A stretch of 64,000 nucleotides of DNA. It comes from Macrostomum lignano (Eukaryota). The notes under the pieces were generated by a model. That model was not told where the DNA came from. It made no database searches and saw only the letters and a list, made by a program, of their open reading frames with translations. The position numbers and the translations under genes are program-made. The DNA is taken from the NCBI GenBank assembly GCA_002269645.1, contig NIVC01002916.1, positions 1-64,000 on the forward strand, read 5' to 3'. Below are positions 12,731 to 41,116 of the stretch, in pieces (position 1 is the first letter of the stretch; each line of letters starts with the position of its first letter).

Positions 12731-14020
12731 TCGTTTATATCTTGAAGTCAATCGTTTTACAGTTCGTTAATGAAATAACTCCAATTTCCAAGTGAAAATC
12801 TGAAACAATTAAAAATCTCAGCGGGATAAAAAATGCAAAATTTGGCTTCGGCCAGGAATCTGAATTTTGGGATTGTCACATTTACACTATCTGAATCATT
12901 TAACATCACTTGACCCAGAAAAACCCAGAACTCCCCAAAGCAAGAGTAGACAGAAAATTTGTTTTGTTAATGTGTATAGAGCCTGCTTCTATTGCACTTG
13001 AGCTGCCTTTTTTGCTAAATAATTTTATCCAGAATATGAGCTAAATCTTACAAACTTAGAGAAACATGTTAGCAAATTAATTTTTTAGAACTAACAGTTG
13101 AAACAGATAAGGAAAAGTTCGGGCCCATCACGCAAGGCGTGGAATGGTCCTGTCGTGACTTGTTAACAAAGAAGGCAATAAAATCTCAACCCCTCTTCCC
13201 GCCCCGCCTCAAAGTTAAAAGGTTGTGGTTTGGTTTAATCGTTCAGTCGCCCCCCCCCTCCCCCGAGACCCCCCACAGTGCCAACCAGCCAAGCAGTCAC
13301 ACCACGACCCACCCCACCTCACACCATTCCAAAGGACCCCCTGTCCGCTTAAGCATTCAAACAAATCAAGGCGCCCGAGTGACTTATCTAAAACGGAAGG
13401 CTTTGTCCCAATTCATGCAAACTAAGGCTGAACAAAGACGCAATTTTATTTAGCAAGCCATAAAAACGATTCGGTAAACTTTATTACACTATAGCGTAGA
13501 AATTTATAATTAACGAAAACATGTGGATTTGTTCTACTTATATTAGAAAATTAATTGAAGATACAGGAATGGCAAAGCCAAAAAATTACAGGCGATGTGT
13601 TGCTAACTTGCTACACCGAGCACCGCAGGCAGGCAAACGGTGCGCGATTCGAATTAGTTATGACTTAAATCATGTTCCGCTTCTCTGAATTTGCACCTGT
13701 ACAGCAAGTTTCAAATTCACTAAACAGCATTAGGGAGTTGGGAATGTGAAATTAATGAGGAACATTTTTATATTTACTTTTTAGTTTTCAGGCCTAAATA
13801 TATATAGCAAAATCCCGTTTTTTTTGCGATCCCGGGATTTAATCCCGGAATTTGGCCAATCCCAGGATTGCAGGCTTAAATCTGAAGTCTAGACCAAAAC
13901 AACAGCTTTCCGGACTTTTCAATGAATGAATTCAAGTTACTGTCGAAAGTTATTGTAAGTGAACTTTGACTCTATGAGTAGGAAAAAGAATCTTGGGATT
14001 AACATTTTTAGCATTCGACT

Positions 14021-14950
14021 GCTAACAATTCGACTGCTGACAATATTTGACTGCAGACAATTTTCTGACAATTCGACTGCTGACAATATTTGACTGCAGA
14101 CAATTTGCTGACAATTCGACTGCTGACAATATTTGACTGCAGACAATTTGCTGACAATTCGACTGCTGACAATATTTGACTGCAGACAATTTGCTGACAA
14201 TATTTGACTGCAGACAATTTGCTGACAATTCGACTGCTGACAATATTTGACTGCTGACAATTTGCTGACAATTCGACTGCTGACAATTTGCTGACAGTTT
14301 GACTGCTGACAACTTGCTGACAATTTGACTGCTGACAATCAGTGACAATTTGACTGCTGACAATCAGTGACAAGTTGACTGCTGACAATCAGTGACAATT
14401 CGACTGCTGACAATTTGACTGCTGACAATCAGTGACAATTCGACTGCTGACAATTTGACTGCTGACAATCAGTGACAATTTGACTGCTGACAATTTGACT
14501 GCTGACAGTTTGACTGCTGACAATCAGTGACAATTTGACTGCTGACAATTTGACTGCTGACAATCAGTGACAATTTGACTGCTGACAATTTGACTGCTGA
14601 CAATCAGTGACAATTTGACTGCTGACAATTTGACTGCTGACAATCAGTGACAATTTGACTGCTGACAGTTTGACTGCTGACAATCAGTGACAATTTGACT
14701 GCTGACAATTTGACTGCTGACAATCAGTGACAATTTGACTGCTGACAATTTGACTGCTGACAATCAGTGACAATTTGACTGCTGACAATTTGACTGCTGA
14801 CAATCAGTGACAATTTGACTGCTGACAACTTGCTGACAGTTTGACTGCTGACAGTTTGACTGCTGACAATCAGTGACAATTTGACTGCTGACAATTTGAC
14901 TGCTGACAACTTGCTGACAGTTTGACTGCTGACAATGAGTGACAATTTGA
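14021..14950. repeat. ctgacaatttgactg-based minisatellite with 9-16-bp subunits
   Basis: Subunits gactgctgacaattt, ctgacaatcagtgaca and gcagacaatt, visible directly. Confidence 0.94.
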
Positions 14951-16371
14951 CTGATTTTTCAAATCCACTAAATCCGGGGATTCACGACGGATCCCAGACA
15001 ATTTTGTACGCAGAGAGCAGAAGGACAGCACTTAGTCCTCATGGGTGGGGAACTCAGCTGCTCCTCTTCATCCCACCGAAGAAAGAAAATTACTATAATA
15101 CTGCAAGTCAATTTTCTAGGAACACACGAGAAAATTTGCCACCAGGGACCAAATATTATTAAAGTAGCAACAGTTCAATAAGCTTACACAGGTAAGCCCG
15201 AGTGTTTGTGTGCTAACCTCGCGGACAAGTTTTGTGACATGAACACGCCGAAACAAAAAGTCTAAACTAAACTCAAATAATACAGAGCAGGCCTTTGTAT
15301 TTTTATATATTATTGTCTAATAGGGGCAGCCGCACTGCTGCATCACAAACTGCTAAATAAAAAGTGAATAATATTAGAAGCGGGACAGTGTGAATCAGTA
15401 TTACATGTATACAGCGACACGGAGACATATAGATAGGTCGCGCGATCGCTAGGGAGAGGAGAGGAGCAACTCTAACAATTAGTAAAATCCAAGATAACAA
15501 ATAAACAAGAGGTACTATTTGAAAAGTTTGGAAAACCGAGTTTGAACTGACCCTTGCCTTGGCTGACTAGCGCTACTATTAGTACTATTAGTTTCTTGCG
15601 TTGTCACTCACTGGGACTGAACAATTTCTAGTCTACAAAAAACACTTGCTACTTATCGCATCCTAATGTGTCTACTGTCAGGCGTATAGAACGAATATTT
15701 TCTATCTCTGTGCGGGGAGTTGAACAGAATTTACAAGTTGAGTGCGAATTCGAGATACTGGCACTAATACGCTCGTAGTTACAGATAGTCTCTTTCGAAT
15801 ACTAAAGGATTGAAATAATACAACGGCAAAGTACTTTTGCTTACTAATAGTTACTATCTCGATAACGTACGCGCAGTTAACACAGGTGTGTGGGGAGGGG
15901 GCTGCTGTGGGGGCTCTGACAACACGTGGCACGGGCAGTACAGTAAAGCGGATAATTAATCCAATTAGCGAGTTAATCTCCAGACTACAGCAATGAGTAT
16001 TCGATAACAATAATAAATCAAATATAGCGGAGTGGAGTATATATATATAGTAATAAACATTAAACACATGCGAAAAAAACTGATTCGAACTCGCGACCTC
16101 CTGATTTCCTCGCCTCCCAAGCACAAGGAAATGCTTAAAAAGACAAGCAACATGACTGGGGGAGCCGCGACAGACTCGGCCAGTCGAGAGCAGACAAGTC
16201 AGTTTCTGCTTCTAAAAGCAGTTGAATCAAAAGTAGAACAAAAAACAAAGTGACACAAATTAATAAATAAACAAACGGGAATAAACGGGACAGAAACTGA
16301 CGCGAAATCACCAGATCCCGAGCGCGGGGGTCAGAGAGTCAGCGAGCTCAGCAAACTGGCTGCCAGTCCGG

Positions 16372-30873
<14,502 letters not shown>

Positions 30874-32999
30874 TTTTCGCTCACTCTCTTTTTAACTTCA
30901 ATGCCAAAAGACTAACCAAAATAACTTTGATATGTTTGAAAGTCAGCGATAATATCTAATTCAGTAGGAACAGTGGGACAGGGAGCTGTGAAAGACCTCG
31001 TACAGTAACTTTTATTCACCCCTTGCTCGGTTGGTTCGGAGGACGATTCTACGGAAATTAGAATTTTCGTGCTTTTCGAATTCGCGCCAAAAAATGCAGC
31101 GACTGAAAATGCAGCATATATTTTAACAAGTAACATGTGTGGAATGTTTCTGATAATTTTTTTAAGACTAAGACAGAAAGCATTTTTTGCAAATAATTCC
31201 GATCTTTGATTTCTGCTTTGTCCCATTAACGTTTGACTATCATGTTTTATACAGCGTTTGTGAGTTATGACTCTATGAGCAAGGACGACTTATACATGTA
31301 GGTAGGTTAATGAATGACATTAAAACTTAAAACGAAAAATAAGGATTTTAACGACCATTTTAAATTAATTAAAATACATAGCTTCACAACTTTATCGTTC
31401 AAGACAAAACCTCTGAATACTTTTCACTCAAGGACCTGGACTAGAAGATAATCTAACCGCAAGCGTCCCACTTTCTCCCCTCTGTGTGAACTGTTTTTTG
31501 AACATTAAATGCCCCCATAAACAACGCCACGGACCCCACGGACTACGATCGACGTCCTTGTTGTTGTAACAGCATCGTACGTAGCTCGTAAGATCGTCAC
31601 CTGTGGCGGGGTTGGTGTGCAGCCAGTCTTCCAAGGACAGGGCGGAGGGTCTGGTAAGAGATGAACAAGGAAGTAGTACAAGGAATCAATCAATAATCGC
31701 GACACTATCACTCGCGATAGGACGGAAATCATTCGGAAGAAACCTTAGCTATGCCTCATCACTCCTGGCATTCAGTGTCAATTTATCCGTCTCGCCCCAA
31801 TCTGGGCTCCGACTTGGACTGAGGAGAGCAGAGAGCAAGAAGAATATTGAGTTGCAGCTCCCCAAGGAGGCATCCTTTCGCGTCAGTCTTTGCAAATGCT
31901 CTGTTTTATATTACTCCCTTGCCAACGATGACTTCCCCGGCCTCCCCTGCGGCTGGCTGACGGGCATTTTAATTTCCCCGCAGTCTCTCTGATTAGGGCC
32001 TCGCCGTTCCGAGCCCCACGGGATTGAGCTGGAATCGACTGTGGGACAGTGGGGGTTGGGCGTTTGAGATATGAGAGAGCCTGGGATCGCCCGCATGGCT
32101 GTTTATGGAATGGGGAATTGGAGACGCCGCCCCCTGCCATGGCCTCAACTGACATTTGCGCCCTGCCTCTCTCCTCATCTCTATCCTGTGCCCTCCAGCC
32201 TGCAGTAGCGCCACATGCCCAATGTCTGCAATGTGCTGTCGTTATTTTAGTGCGTCTGACTGCGTATTGATCTGCAGGGAGCATGTTTTGCTTTTTGCCT
32301 GCCTGCCTCTCAGCCACGCTTGGCTGACAAAACCTCGCTGCTGAATACGGAAGTGCTCGCGTGGCGATGAAGCGAGCAGTGCCAGCTGCATCTAGTGTCT
32401 ATCAAACCCTCTCTATTGGGAGCGTTCATTGATAAAACGATTCCAAAAAAGAGGATTTCTAGTGACGGGATGAGATAGACGTCTGTGCATGCCCAGATCA
32501 TCTGCAGCATGCAGAGAAAGACTTCGAGTCACGCACCCGGCGACCCCACGCCACGCCATGGGTGGGCCACGCCTGAATCCAGCTAAACCGCCTGTCAGCC
32601 CGGCCGGGGAACGGCTGGCTGCAGAACCGAGCAAATAAAAAGAGAGGGCAGACAGGCTTGTCAAAATCCATTGGGCTGGACAGAGCAAATAACGAATTTA
32701 TCCCGGTTGGTCAGGGGAAATCCTACTTGACTCTGTCTTTAGATATACTCAGATAACTCACGGGCGTATCAGGCACTTGGTATGAGCTAGCTGAGGAAGC
32801 TCAGCTCTGCCTCCAATTGTATGAAGATGATTGACAAGTGACTCGCCTCGGGTCAAGTGTACTATAAACGCTGCACCACTGCCGAAGGCTCAATTCAGCT
32901 AATTAATGTGACGGAATAGCAATAATATTCAAGCTGGGATGATGAATCTCTGAGGCAATAATCTGATGAGTTTTGCCTTCACCGTAATTAGCAATATGA

Positions 33000-33181
33000 G
33001 CAGAGACACTGCAATGTGAACTGACACAGCAGAGGCCGCACTGCAATGTGAACTGACACAGCAGAGGCCACACTGCAATGTGAACTGACACAGCAGAGGC
33101 CACACTGCAATGTGAACTGACACAGCAGAGGCCACACTGCAATGTGAACTGACACAGCAGAGGCCACACTGCAATGTGAAC
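33000..33181. repeat. 32-bp minisatellite, about 5 copies
   Basis: Unit cacagcagaggccacactgcaatgtgaactga. Confidence 0.92.
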
Positions 33182-33609
33182 ACTATGCGCGTAAACACCA
33201 GTGATAAATGGACATCTGATGGAAGTCCCATTCTAAGGCTAATATATGACACAGACTCCACCGCCATCGTTAATCCGATTAATATGCGGCCACAAAGCCA
33301 CCAGGCCGCTGGGTCTATAAGATGTCGCACTGAGGCCCAACACTGCATCGGACATTGTCAGCCCGGGACAGCTGGTGCTGCACACACCGGATCTGCTGCA
33401 CTTTGCTTTCGACTTGGACAGTCCATACCCAGACTCCTCTCACGGCTGGCTAGACTAAAAGCAAGCCAATCTATTCGAGCCCTCGGGCTAGCAGTAATCC
33501 TCTCCCAGCCTCTCCCAGCCTTCATCACTCATCGGTTCCGTCTCGCAGCGTCCGTCTGGGTGGGATGGCGGGCGCCAACTTTCGGACTTCTTTTTCTTCT
33601 AACTCTTAC

Positions 33610-33682
33610 AGCCTGACTGCTCAGGGCTCTTTGCCGATGCCCCTTGGCTCTGAATTATGCATGCGCAAACTCGGCCCTCCAT
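33610..33682 (-). CDS. Candidate PKA-C alternative first exon (MEGRVCACIIQSQGASAKSPEQSG-F)
   Basis: ATG to T|gtaaga, 73 nt, phase 1, no stop. No homology support. Confidence 0.35.
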
Positions 33683-34158
33683 GCATGCCAGCAAACTTTC
33701 CAAATTCCAACTGATCTTTTCTACAGTAAGGTCTGCTCTGCTTTGTTCTGACACGCTTAGCAATGGGACTTGAATTGAAAATAATTACTGTTTACTGGCA
33801 TTGGGCCTGTTAGGAGGCGTGGCTCACGGAAGCTGGATGGGACACAGATGAAGGTTAGGGATTTTCTAGCGTCGAATTTAATGCAATCGCGAACTCCGGT
33901 ATTTGTTTCCCTAGTAATCCTTAATCTTAAAAGTTCTTAATTTAGTAAAATTTAATTGTCTTTAATTCTCTAATTTTAAAATGGAAACTTATTCTCTCTA
34001 AACATCTGAAGTTCTGAAGATCCTGTTGGACCCATCCTAGCAATTCGTAATTCATTTTAACAAAAAATACCTTTCTCTCAAAGCTTAACACAAAAATTAT
34101 TAATATAGCCATTGTAATTATAGGAACCGCACTCGACCAGAGAGCCACTGACACTTAC

Positions 34159-34189
34159 ACCAAGACTTGACCTTGTCCTTGTCCTTCAT
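34159..34189 (-). CDS. Candidate PKA-C alternative first exon (MKDKDKVKSW-F)
   Basis: gcaATG to T|gtaagt (perfect donor), 31 nt, phase 1, preceded by a GC-rich UTR/promoter-like stretch at about 34200-34650. Confidence 0.6.
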
Positions 34190-35120
34190 TGCCTGAGCTG
34201 AGTAGGGAACAGATTTGTCAGCTGCTGTCAAACAGAAATTAGTCAGCAATGATTTTCTCTTGTTCTTTTTTCCTGACAGTCTCCGCTTGCAAGGTTTAGT
34301 TTAAATCCTTGCAGGCCTGAGGATGGACTGGGGGCGGGGAGGGGCAGGGGAAGAGGATTAGTCGCTCAGCAGCTGCGCAAGAGAGAGAGGCGTAGGAATC
34401 TGCAGTGCGGGCCGGGATTGCGGCGCTTCGGCTCAGGGAGGGGGGAGAGGAGGGAGAGGGATGGGAGCTGCCTTAGTGTGGGGCAAAAATGGTTCCTTCG
34501 CTACGGGCTGCTGCTGCTGCTGCTGCTGCAAGTGCAGAAAGCCGTTGCAGTGCAATTCGCCCCAACAGTTTTGGAAGTCCCGCGTCCTCGGGCTGGGCAG
34601 GATCCGGCTGGAGAGCGGAGAGACAGGCAGACAGGCAGACAGGAAACTTTTCGAAATTTTATATATTTTTACTATACTGACATAACTCTGTACAATATGC
34701 AGCCACTATGCTGATTGGGATCATTGTGTGTTTTACGGTCGGGGTTGGGGGCTGCCTGGCTAAGCTGGTGCAGCGGAAACTGGCGCGGGGCAGGCAGCAA
34801 GCGAGAAGATGGAGATGAAGGAGGAACGGCAGGCTCTCTATTGAAATTCACTGCGATCCCATTGCGGCATTATTTATGCAAGACTCCTCAGCGGGGAAGA
34901 TGGGGATTCATTCATTCCCGGCATCGGGTGAGCTCTGGTAACTGGGACGAGAATCCACTCACTCTTCACAGTGCTGATTAAATTCTAAAATTGTCGAGTG
35001 CCTTCCAGCCAAGGTGATTTCAGGTATTGATGTACTACTGAAAATATGGAGCTCTTATGCAAAGCTTTGAGCTCTTAGCTAGTGCTGGCCGGCCCTCTGA
35101 GGAATTTTGTGGCACCTTGG

Positions 35121-38100
35121 TGGACCAGGAAGACAGCAAAAACCAACAGAAGGACCAGGAAGACAGCATCAACCGACAGAAGGACCAGGAAGACAGCATC
35201 AACCGACAGAAGGACCAGGAAGACAGCATCAACCGAAGACAGCATCAACCGACAGAAGGACCAGGAAGACAGCATCAACCGAAGACAGCATCAACCGACA
35301 GAAGGACCAGGAAGACAGCATCAACCGACAGAAGGACCAGGAAGACAGCATCAACCGACAGAAGGACCAGGAAGACAGCATCAACCGACAGAAGGACCAG
35401 GAAGACAGCATCAACCGACAGAAGGACCAGGAAGACAGCATCAACCGACAGAAGGACCAGGAAGACAGCATCAACCGACAGAAGGACCAGGAAGACAGCA
35501 TCAACCGAAGACAGCATCAACCGAAGACAGCATCAACCGACAGAAGGACCAGGAAGACAGCATCAACCGACAGAAGGACCAGGAAGACAGCATCAACCGA
35601 CAGAAGGACCAGGAAGACAGCATCAACCGACAGAAGGACCAGGAAGACAGCATCAACCGACAGAAGGACCAGGAAGACAGCATCAACCGACAGAAGGACC
35701 AGGAAGACAGCATCAACCGAAGACAGCATCAACCGAAGACAGCATCAACCGACAGAAGGACCAGGAAGACAGCATTAACCGACAGAAGGACCAGAAAGAC
35801 AGCATCAACCGACAGAGGGACCAGGAAGACAGTATCAACAGACAGAAGGACCAGACAGACAGCATCAACCGACAGAAGGACCAGGAAGACAGCATCAACC
35901 GAAGACAGCATCAACCGAAGACAGCATCAACCGACAGAAGGACCAGGAAGACAGCATTAACCGACAGAAGGACCAGAAAGACAGCATCAACCGACAGAGG
36001 GACCAGGAAGACAGTATCAACCGACAGAAGGACCAGACAGACAGCATCAACCGACAGAAGGACCAGGAAGACAGCATCAACCGACAGAAGGACCAGACAG
36101 ACAGCATCAACCGACAGAAGGACCAGACAGACAGCATCAACCGACAGAAGGACCAGACAGACAGCATCAACCGACAGAAGGACCAGGAAGACAGCATCAA
36201 CCGACAGAAGGACCAGGAAGACAGCATCAACCGAAGACAGCATCAACCGACAGAAGGACCAGGAAGACAGCATCAACCGACAGAAGGACCAGGAAGACAG
36301 CATCAACCGACAGAAGGACCAGGAAGACAGCATCAACCGACAGAAGGACCAGGAAGACAGCATCAACCGAAGACAGCATCAACCGACAGAAGGACCAGAC
36401 AGACAGCATCAACCGACAGAAGGACCAGGAAGACAGCATCAACCGACAGAAGGACCAGGAAGACAGCATCAACCAACAGAAGGACCAGGAAGACAGCATC
36501 AACCGACAGAAGGACCAGACAGACAGCATCAACCGACAGAAGGACCAGGAAGACAGCATCAACCGACAGAAGGACCAGAAAGACAGCATCAACCGACAGA
36601 AGGACCAGGAAGACAGCATCAACCGACAGAAGGACCAGACAGACAGCATCAACCGACAGAAGGACCAGACAGACAGCATCAACCGACAGAAGGACCAGAC
36701 AGACAGCATCAACCGAAGACAGCATCAACCGACAGAAGGACCAGGAAGACAGCATCAACCGACAGAAGGACCAGGAAGACAGCATCAACCGACAGAAGGA
36801 CCAGGAAGACAGCATCAACCGAAGACAGCATCAACCGACAGAAGGACCAGACAGACAGCATCAACCGACAGAAGGACCAGGAAGACAGCATCAACCGACA
36901 GAAGGACCAGGAAGACAGCATCAACCGACAGAAGGACCAGGAAGACAGCATCAACCGACAGAAGGACCAGGAAGACAGCATCAACCGACAGAAGGACCAG
37001 ACAGACAGCATCAACCGACAGAAGGACCAGAAAGACAGCATCAACCGACAGAAGGACCAGAAAGACAGCATCAACCGACAGAAGGACCAGACAGACAGCA
37101 TCAACCGAAGACAGCATCAACCGACAGAAGGACCAGGAAGACAGCATCAACCGACAGAAGGACCAGGAAGACAGCATCAACCGACAGAAGGACCAGGAAG
37201 ACAGCATCAACCAAAGACAGCATCAACCGACAGAAGGACCAGACAGACAGCATCAACCGACAGAAGGACCAGGAAGACAGCATCAACCGACAGAAGGACC
37301 AGGAAGACAGCATCAACCGACAGAAGGACCAGGAAGACAGCATCAACCGACAGAAGGACCAGGAAGACAGCATCAACCGAAGACAGCATCAACCGACAGA
37401 AGGACCAGACAGACAGCATCAACCGACAGAAGGACCAGGAAGACAGCATCAACCGACAGAAGGACCAGGAAGACAGCATCAACCAACAGAAGGACCAGAC
37501 AGACAGCATCAACCGACAGAAGGACCAGAAAGACAGCATCAACCGACAGAAGGACCAGGAAGACAGCATCAACCGACAGAAGGACCAGACAGACAGCATC
37601 AACCGAAGACAGCATCAACCGACAGAAGGACCAGGAAGACAGCATCAACCGACAGAAGGACCAGGAAGACAGCATCAACCAAAGACAGCATCAACCGACA
37701 GAAGGACCAGACAGACAGCATCAACCGACAGAAGGACCAGGAAGACAGCATCAACCGACAGAAGGACCAGGAAGACAGCATCAACCAAAGACAGCATCAA
37801 CCGACAGAAGGACCAGACAGACAGCATCAACCGACAGAAGGACCAGGAAGACAGCATCAACCGACAGAAGGACCAGGAAGACAGCATCAACCGACAGAAG
37901 GACCAGGAAGACAGCATCAACCGACAGAAGGACCAGGAAGACAGCATCAACCGAAGACAGCATCAACCGACAGAAGGACCAGACAGACAGCATCAACCGA
38001 CAGAAGGACCAGGAAGACAGCATCAACCGACAGAAGGACCAGGAAGACAGCATCAACCAACAGAAGGACCAGACAGACAGCATCAACCGACAGAAGGACC

Positions 38101-38232
38101 AGAAAGACAGCATCAACCGACAGAAGGACCAGGAAGACAGCATCAACCGACAGAAGGACCAGGAAGACAGCATCAACCGACAGAAGGACCAGACAGACCG
38201 CATCAACCGACAGAAGGACCAGGGAGACAGCA
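35121..38232. repeat. 30-bp minisatellite punctuated by 16-bp truncated units, about 3.1 kb
   Basis: Unit gaagacagcatcaaccgacagaaggaccag; short unit gaagacagcatcaacc. Confidence 0.97.
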
Positions 38233-38511
38233 GCCGCCGGGAAACAGCAGCTCCACTACATTACTAAATTGAACTATTTTATAGTTTCAATAATGTTTAG
38301 AAGGCAAAAAACTAGTAACAGTTAAAGAGATATAATGCTCTTTTTTCATCAAAACTCCTAAGGTAAAGTGTAATATAACTATTTTAATAACTTGGTTTGG
38401 TAAAATTCCGCTTAGATCCTACTACACTACTGAATCAGTCTCAGTAGCGAATGATGGCTTTTTTACGATGCTACGAGTACTAAGAAGATTCTCAATTAAA
38501 AAAGCGCTTAC

Positions 38512-38617
38512 AAAACTTTTCCGCCTTCTCGGCCAGATCGACTTCGCTGTCCTCGCGGCCCTTGTGGTCCCTGCCGTGGTCCTTGCCCTCCTTGGAGAAA
38601 AATTTCAGCGGCATCGC
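38512..38617 (-). CDS. Candidate PKA-C alternative N-terminal exon (MPLKFFSKEGKDHGRDHKGREDSEVDLAEKAEKF-F)
   Basis: Acceptor ttttgcag|GCG ATG (ATG at 38614) and donor T|gtaagc in phase 1. GC3-rich codons in an AT-rich context. Confidence 0.7.
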
Positions 38618-39038
38618 CTGCAAAAAGTTTTACACTTGATGAGATGCACTACTCTCATTTTGGCATCTGTTTAGAGTTTTTCTTTTAAATTTGTCTATAA
38701 CGCAATTTCTAACTTAGTTTTCAAGCTGTTGTCTATGGCCAAAGCCGACAGATCCGATAGCTCACTTCTCTACAGTATCTGTGGCTAGAACAAACAAATT
38801 TCAAACAAAATATGTCACTCTCTGCGATCGCAGGCGGTGCCACCGAGTTAGTGAGGTTAGTGTTAGGGTTAGGTGCCGGGGGGTGGATGGGAGGAGGCAC
38901 TGGTCCCTGTCACAGCGTCCTCGGAACCATGGGACCCAACCCCGAGTCGGAACAGTCGGAACAGGGCCACAGGAACCGTCCGGACCACCTGGTGACCAAG
39001 GTAACCAGACTCTACAGGAGATTTGATATATTTCTCAC

Positions 39039-39069
39039 ATAGTGAATGGTGGGGATCATTGGAGCTCAT
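39039..39069 (-). CDS. Weak candidate PKA-C first exon (MSSNDPHHSL-F), or a 5' UTR exon with a uORF
   Basis: ATG to T|gtgaga, 31 nt, phase 1. Confidence 0.3.
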
Positions 39070-39348
39070 CAGTTAAGCGTAGAACCACGCCTTAGGAGGC
39101 CCATGCTACAGTCGCTTGCTGCAATGGAGCTTGGAAGTGCTATCTATATTTTAAACGCAGATTCTGACCATTAACGCTTATGATACTACTGGGTCTGGAG
39201 AGTAGAGAAGGAGCGTGGGACCATCGGGAACTGGGTAAGGAGATGGAAATTAATCGGGCCATTAGGTAGCAGACACAGAAAATACTGTCTATGTCCCGAA
39301 AGAGTACAGAACTTTGAATTTGTCAGCAACATAGCCGGTTTGAATATT

Positions 39349-39571
39349 GACTTGGGACCTGAATAGGTGTGACATAAGCGGGACTTGAATAGGTGTGACA
39401 TAAGCGGGACTTAAATAGGTGTGACATAAGCGGGACTTGAATAGGGAGTGACATAAGCGGGACTTGAATAGGGAGTGACATAAGCGGGACTTGAATAGGG
39501 AGTGACATAGGCGGGACTTGAATAGGGAGTGACATAGGCGGGACTTGAATAGGTGTGACATAGGCGGGACT
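39349..39571. repeat. 26/27-bp minisatellite
   Basis: Unit gggacttgaataggtgtgacataagc. Confidence 0.92.
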
Positions 39572-39823
39572 TTTTGCATTCAAATCCAGGGCGAGTTGCT
39601 CATCTTGTGTTTTTAAGATCTGCGACTCAATTTCACTTTTCTATGGCCAATTTGTGGGGATCTTCTAAGTCTTTCAGATCTATGGGTGAAAAGTATTATT
39701 ATTATTGCCAACAACTACAAAAGTTAAATTTAGTTTCTTATTGCGAAGATTTGAAAGAAAATATTTCAAACAGCAAGAAACTCGTTAGCCTACGACCGCT
39801 CAGGTAGCAGACACCCGTCATAC

Positions 39824-40481
39824 ACCCAGAAGACACTCCGCTGACACCGACAGACAGCCGGCAGACACTCGGCAGACACCCGGCAGATACCGGCAGACGC
39901 CCAGCACTCACCAGCAGACACCCGACAGACACTCAACAGATACTCAGCAGACGCCAGCAGACGCCAGCAGACACTGGAAAACACCGGCAGCCGACAAGAA
40001 GTCACCGACAGACAGCCAGCCGGCAGACACCCGTCAGACAGCCAGCCGGCAGACACCCGTCAGACAGCCAGCCGGCAGACACCCGTCAGACAACCAGCAG
40101 ACACCCGGCAGAAACTCAGCGGAAACCCAGCAGACAACCGGCAGAAACCCAGAAGACACCCAGCAGAAACCCAGCAGACAACCGGCAGAAACCCAGAAGA
40201 CATCCAGCAGAAACCCAGCGGAAACCCAGCAGACAACCGGCAGAAACCCAAAAGACACCCAGCAGAAACCCAGCAGACAACCGGCAGAAACCCAGAAGAC
40301 ATCCAGCAGAAACCCATTAGAAACCCAGCGAAACCCGGCAGACACCCAGCAGACACCTAGAAGACACACAGAAGACACCCAGAAAACACCCATCAGAAAC
40401 CCATCAGAAAACCAGCAGAAACCCAACAGAAACCCAGCAGAAACCCGGCAGAAACCCAGCAGACACCCGGCAGACACCCAG
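39824..40481. repeat. Degenerate CAG/ACC-rich minisatellite
   Basis: Recurring ccagcagaaacccagcagacacccggcaga motifs. Confidence 0.8.
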
Positions 40482-40482
40482 C

Positions 40483-40803
40483 ATGACCTCGCACAACAAG
40501 GCGGCCCTGTCAGTGCAGATCAGCTACTCTGCCGGCATGGAGCTGGAAGACTATGTCTGGTACTTGCGCCGCGAAATTCTGCGCGCCTTCGACGCCACAG
40601 ACGTGCAGGTGACCACCCGCTGCCTCCCGATCGGCCGCGAGTTCGCCAACATCGGCCTATCGATGCTTATCAACGGTTTGTCGGCTGTCTCAGTGCCAGC
40701 CCACAATGGCAAACTGCTGGAGAATGAGAGCCTGCCGCCGCCGCAGGTCATTGTGGACACTGTGCAGCTGTGGCTCATTAGGCATGTCACCTGCGACTGC
40801 TGA
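40483..40803 (+). CDS. Small Rdx-family (SelW/SelT/MIEN1-like) thioredoxin-fold protein lacking the CxxC/U motif, with C-terminal CxC
   Basis: 106-aa GC3-rich ORF. VQISYSAGM...YLRREILRAF parallels Rdx V.V.YC..C/U...L...L...FP; LINGLSAVS...KLLENESLP parallels MIEN1 INGQLVFSKLENGGFP. Possible acceptor cccag|C just before the ATG. Family assignment is from remembered motifs only. Confidence 0.55.
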   Translation: MTSHNKAALSVQISYSAGMELEDYVWYLRREILRAFDATDVQVTTRCLPIGREFANIGLSMLINGLSAVSVPAHNGKLLENESLPPPQVIVDTVQLWLIRHVTCDC

Positions 40804-40822
40804 CTGCCCCGAGCCTCACGCG

Positions 40823-41116
40823 ACACTCCATGCCTGACACTCCATGTCTGACACTCCATGCCTGACACTCCATGCCTGACACTCCATGCCTGATACTCCA
40901 TGCCTGATACTCCATGCCTGACACTCCATGCCTGACACTCCATGCCTGACACTCCATGCCTGACACTCCATGCCTAACACTCCATGCCTGACACTCCATG
41001 CCTGACACTCCATGCCTGACACTCCATGCCTGACACTCCATGCCTGATACTCCATGCCTGACACTCCATGCCTGACACTCCATGCCTGACACTCCATGCC
41101 TGACACTCCATGCCTG
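40823..41116. repeat. 14-bp minisatellite
   Basis: Unit ctccatgcctgaca. Confidence 0.96.

Noticed and set aside
16075-16125. tRNA gene on the minus strand (B-box ggtcgcgagttcgaatc followed by a T-run)
   Set aside because: No A-box or cloverleaf; at most a SINE/tRNA fragment.
35057-38272. 1071-aa ORF, and a possible CRISPR-like look of the punctuated 30-bp array
   Set aside because: Units are contiguous with no unique spacers, there are no cas genes, the context is eukaryotic, and the ORF is repeat-derived.
40792-40850. Selenocysteine readthrough of the TGA after TCDC in the Rdx-like ORF
   Set aside because: The Rdx Sec position is N-terminal, readthrough runs into the 14-bp array, and I recognised no SECIS.
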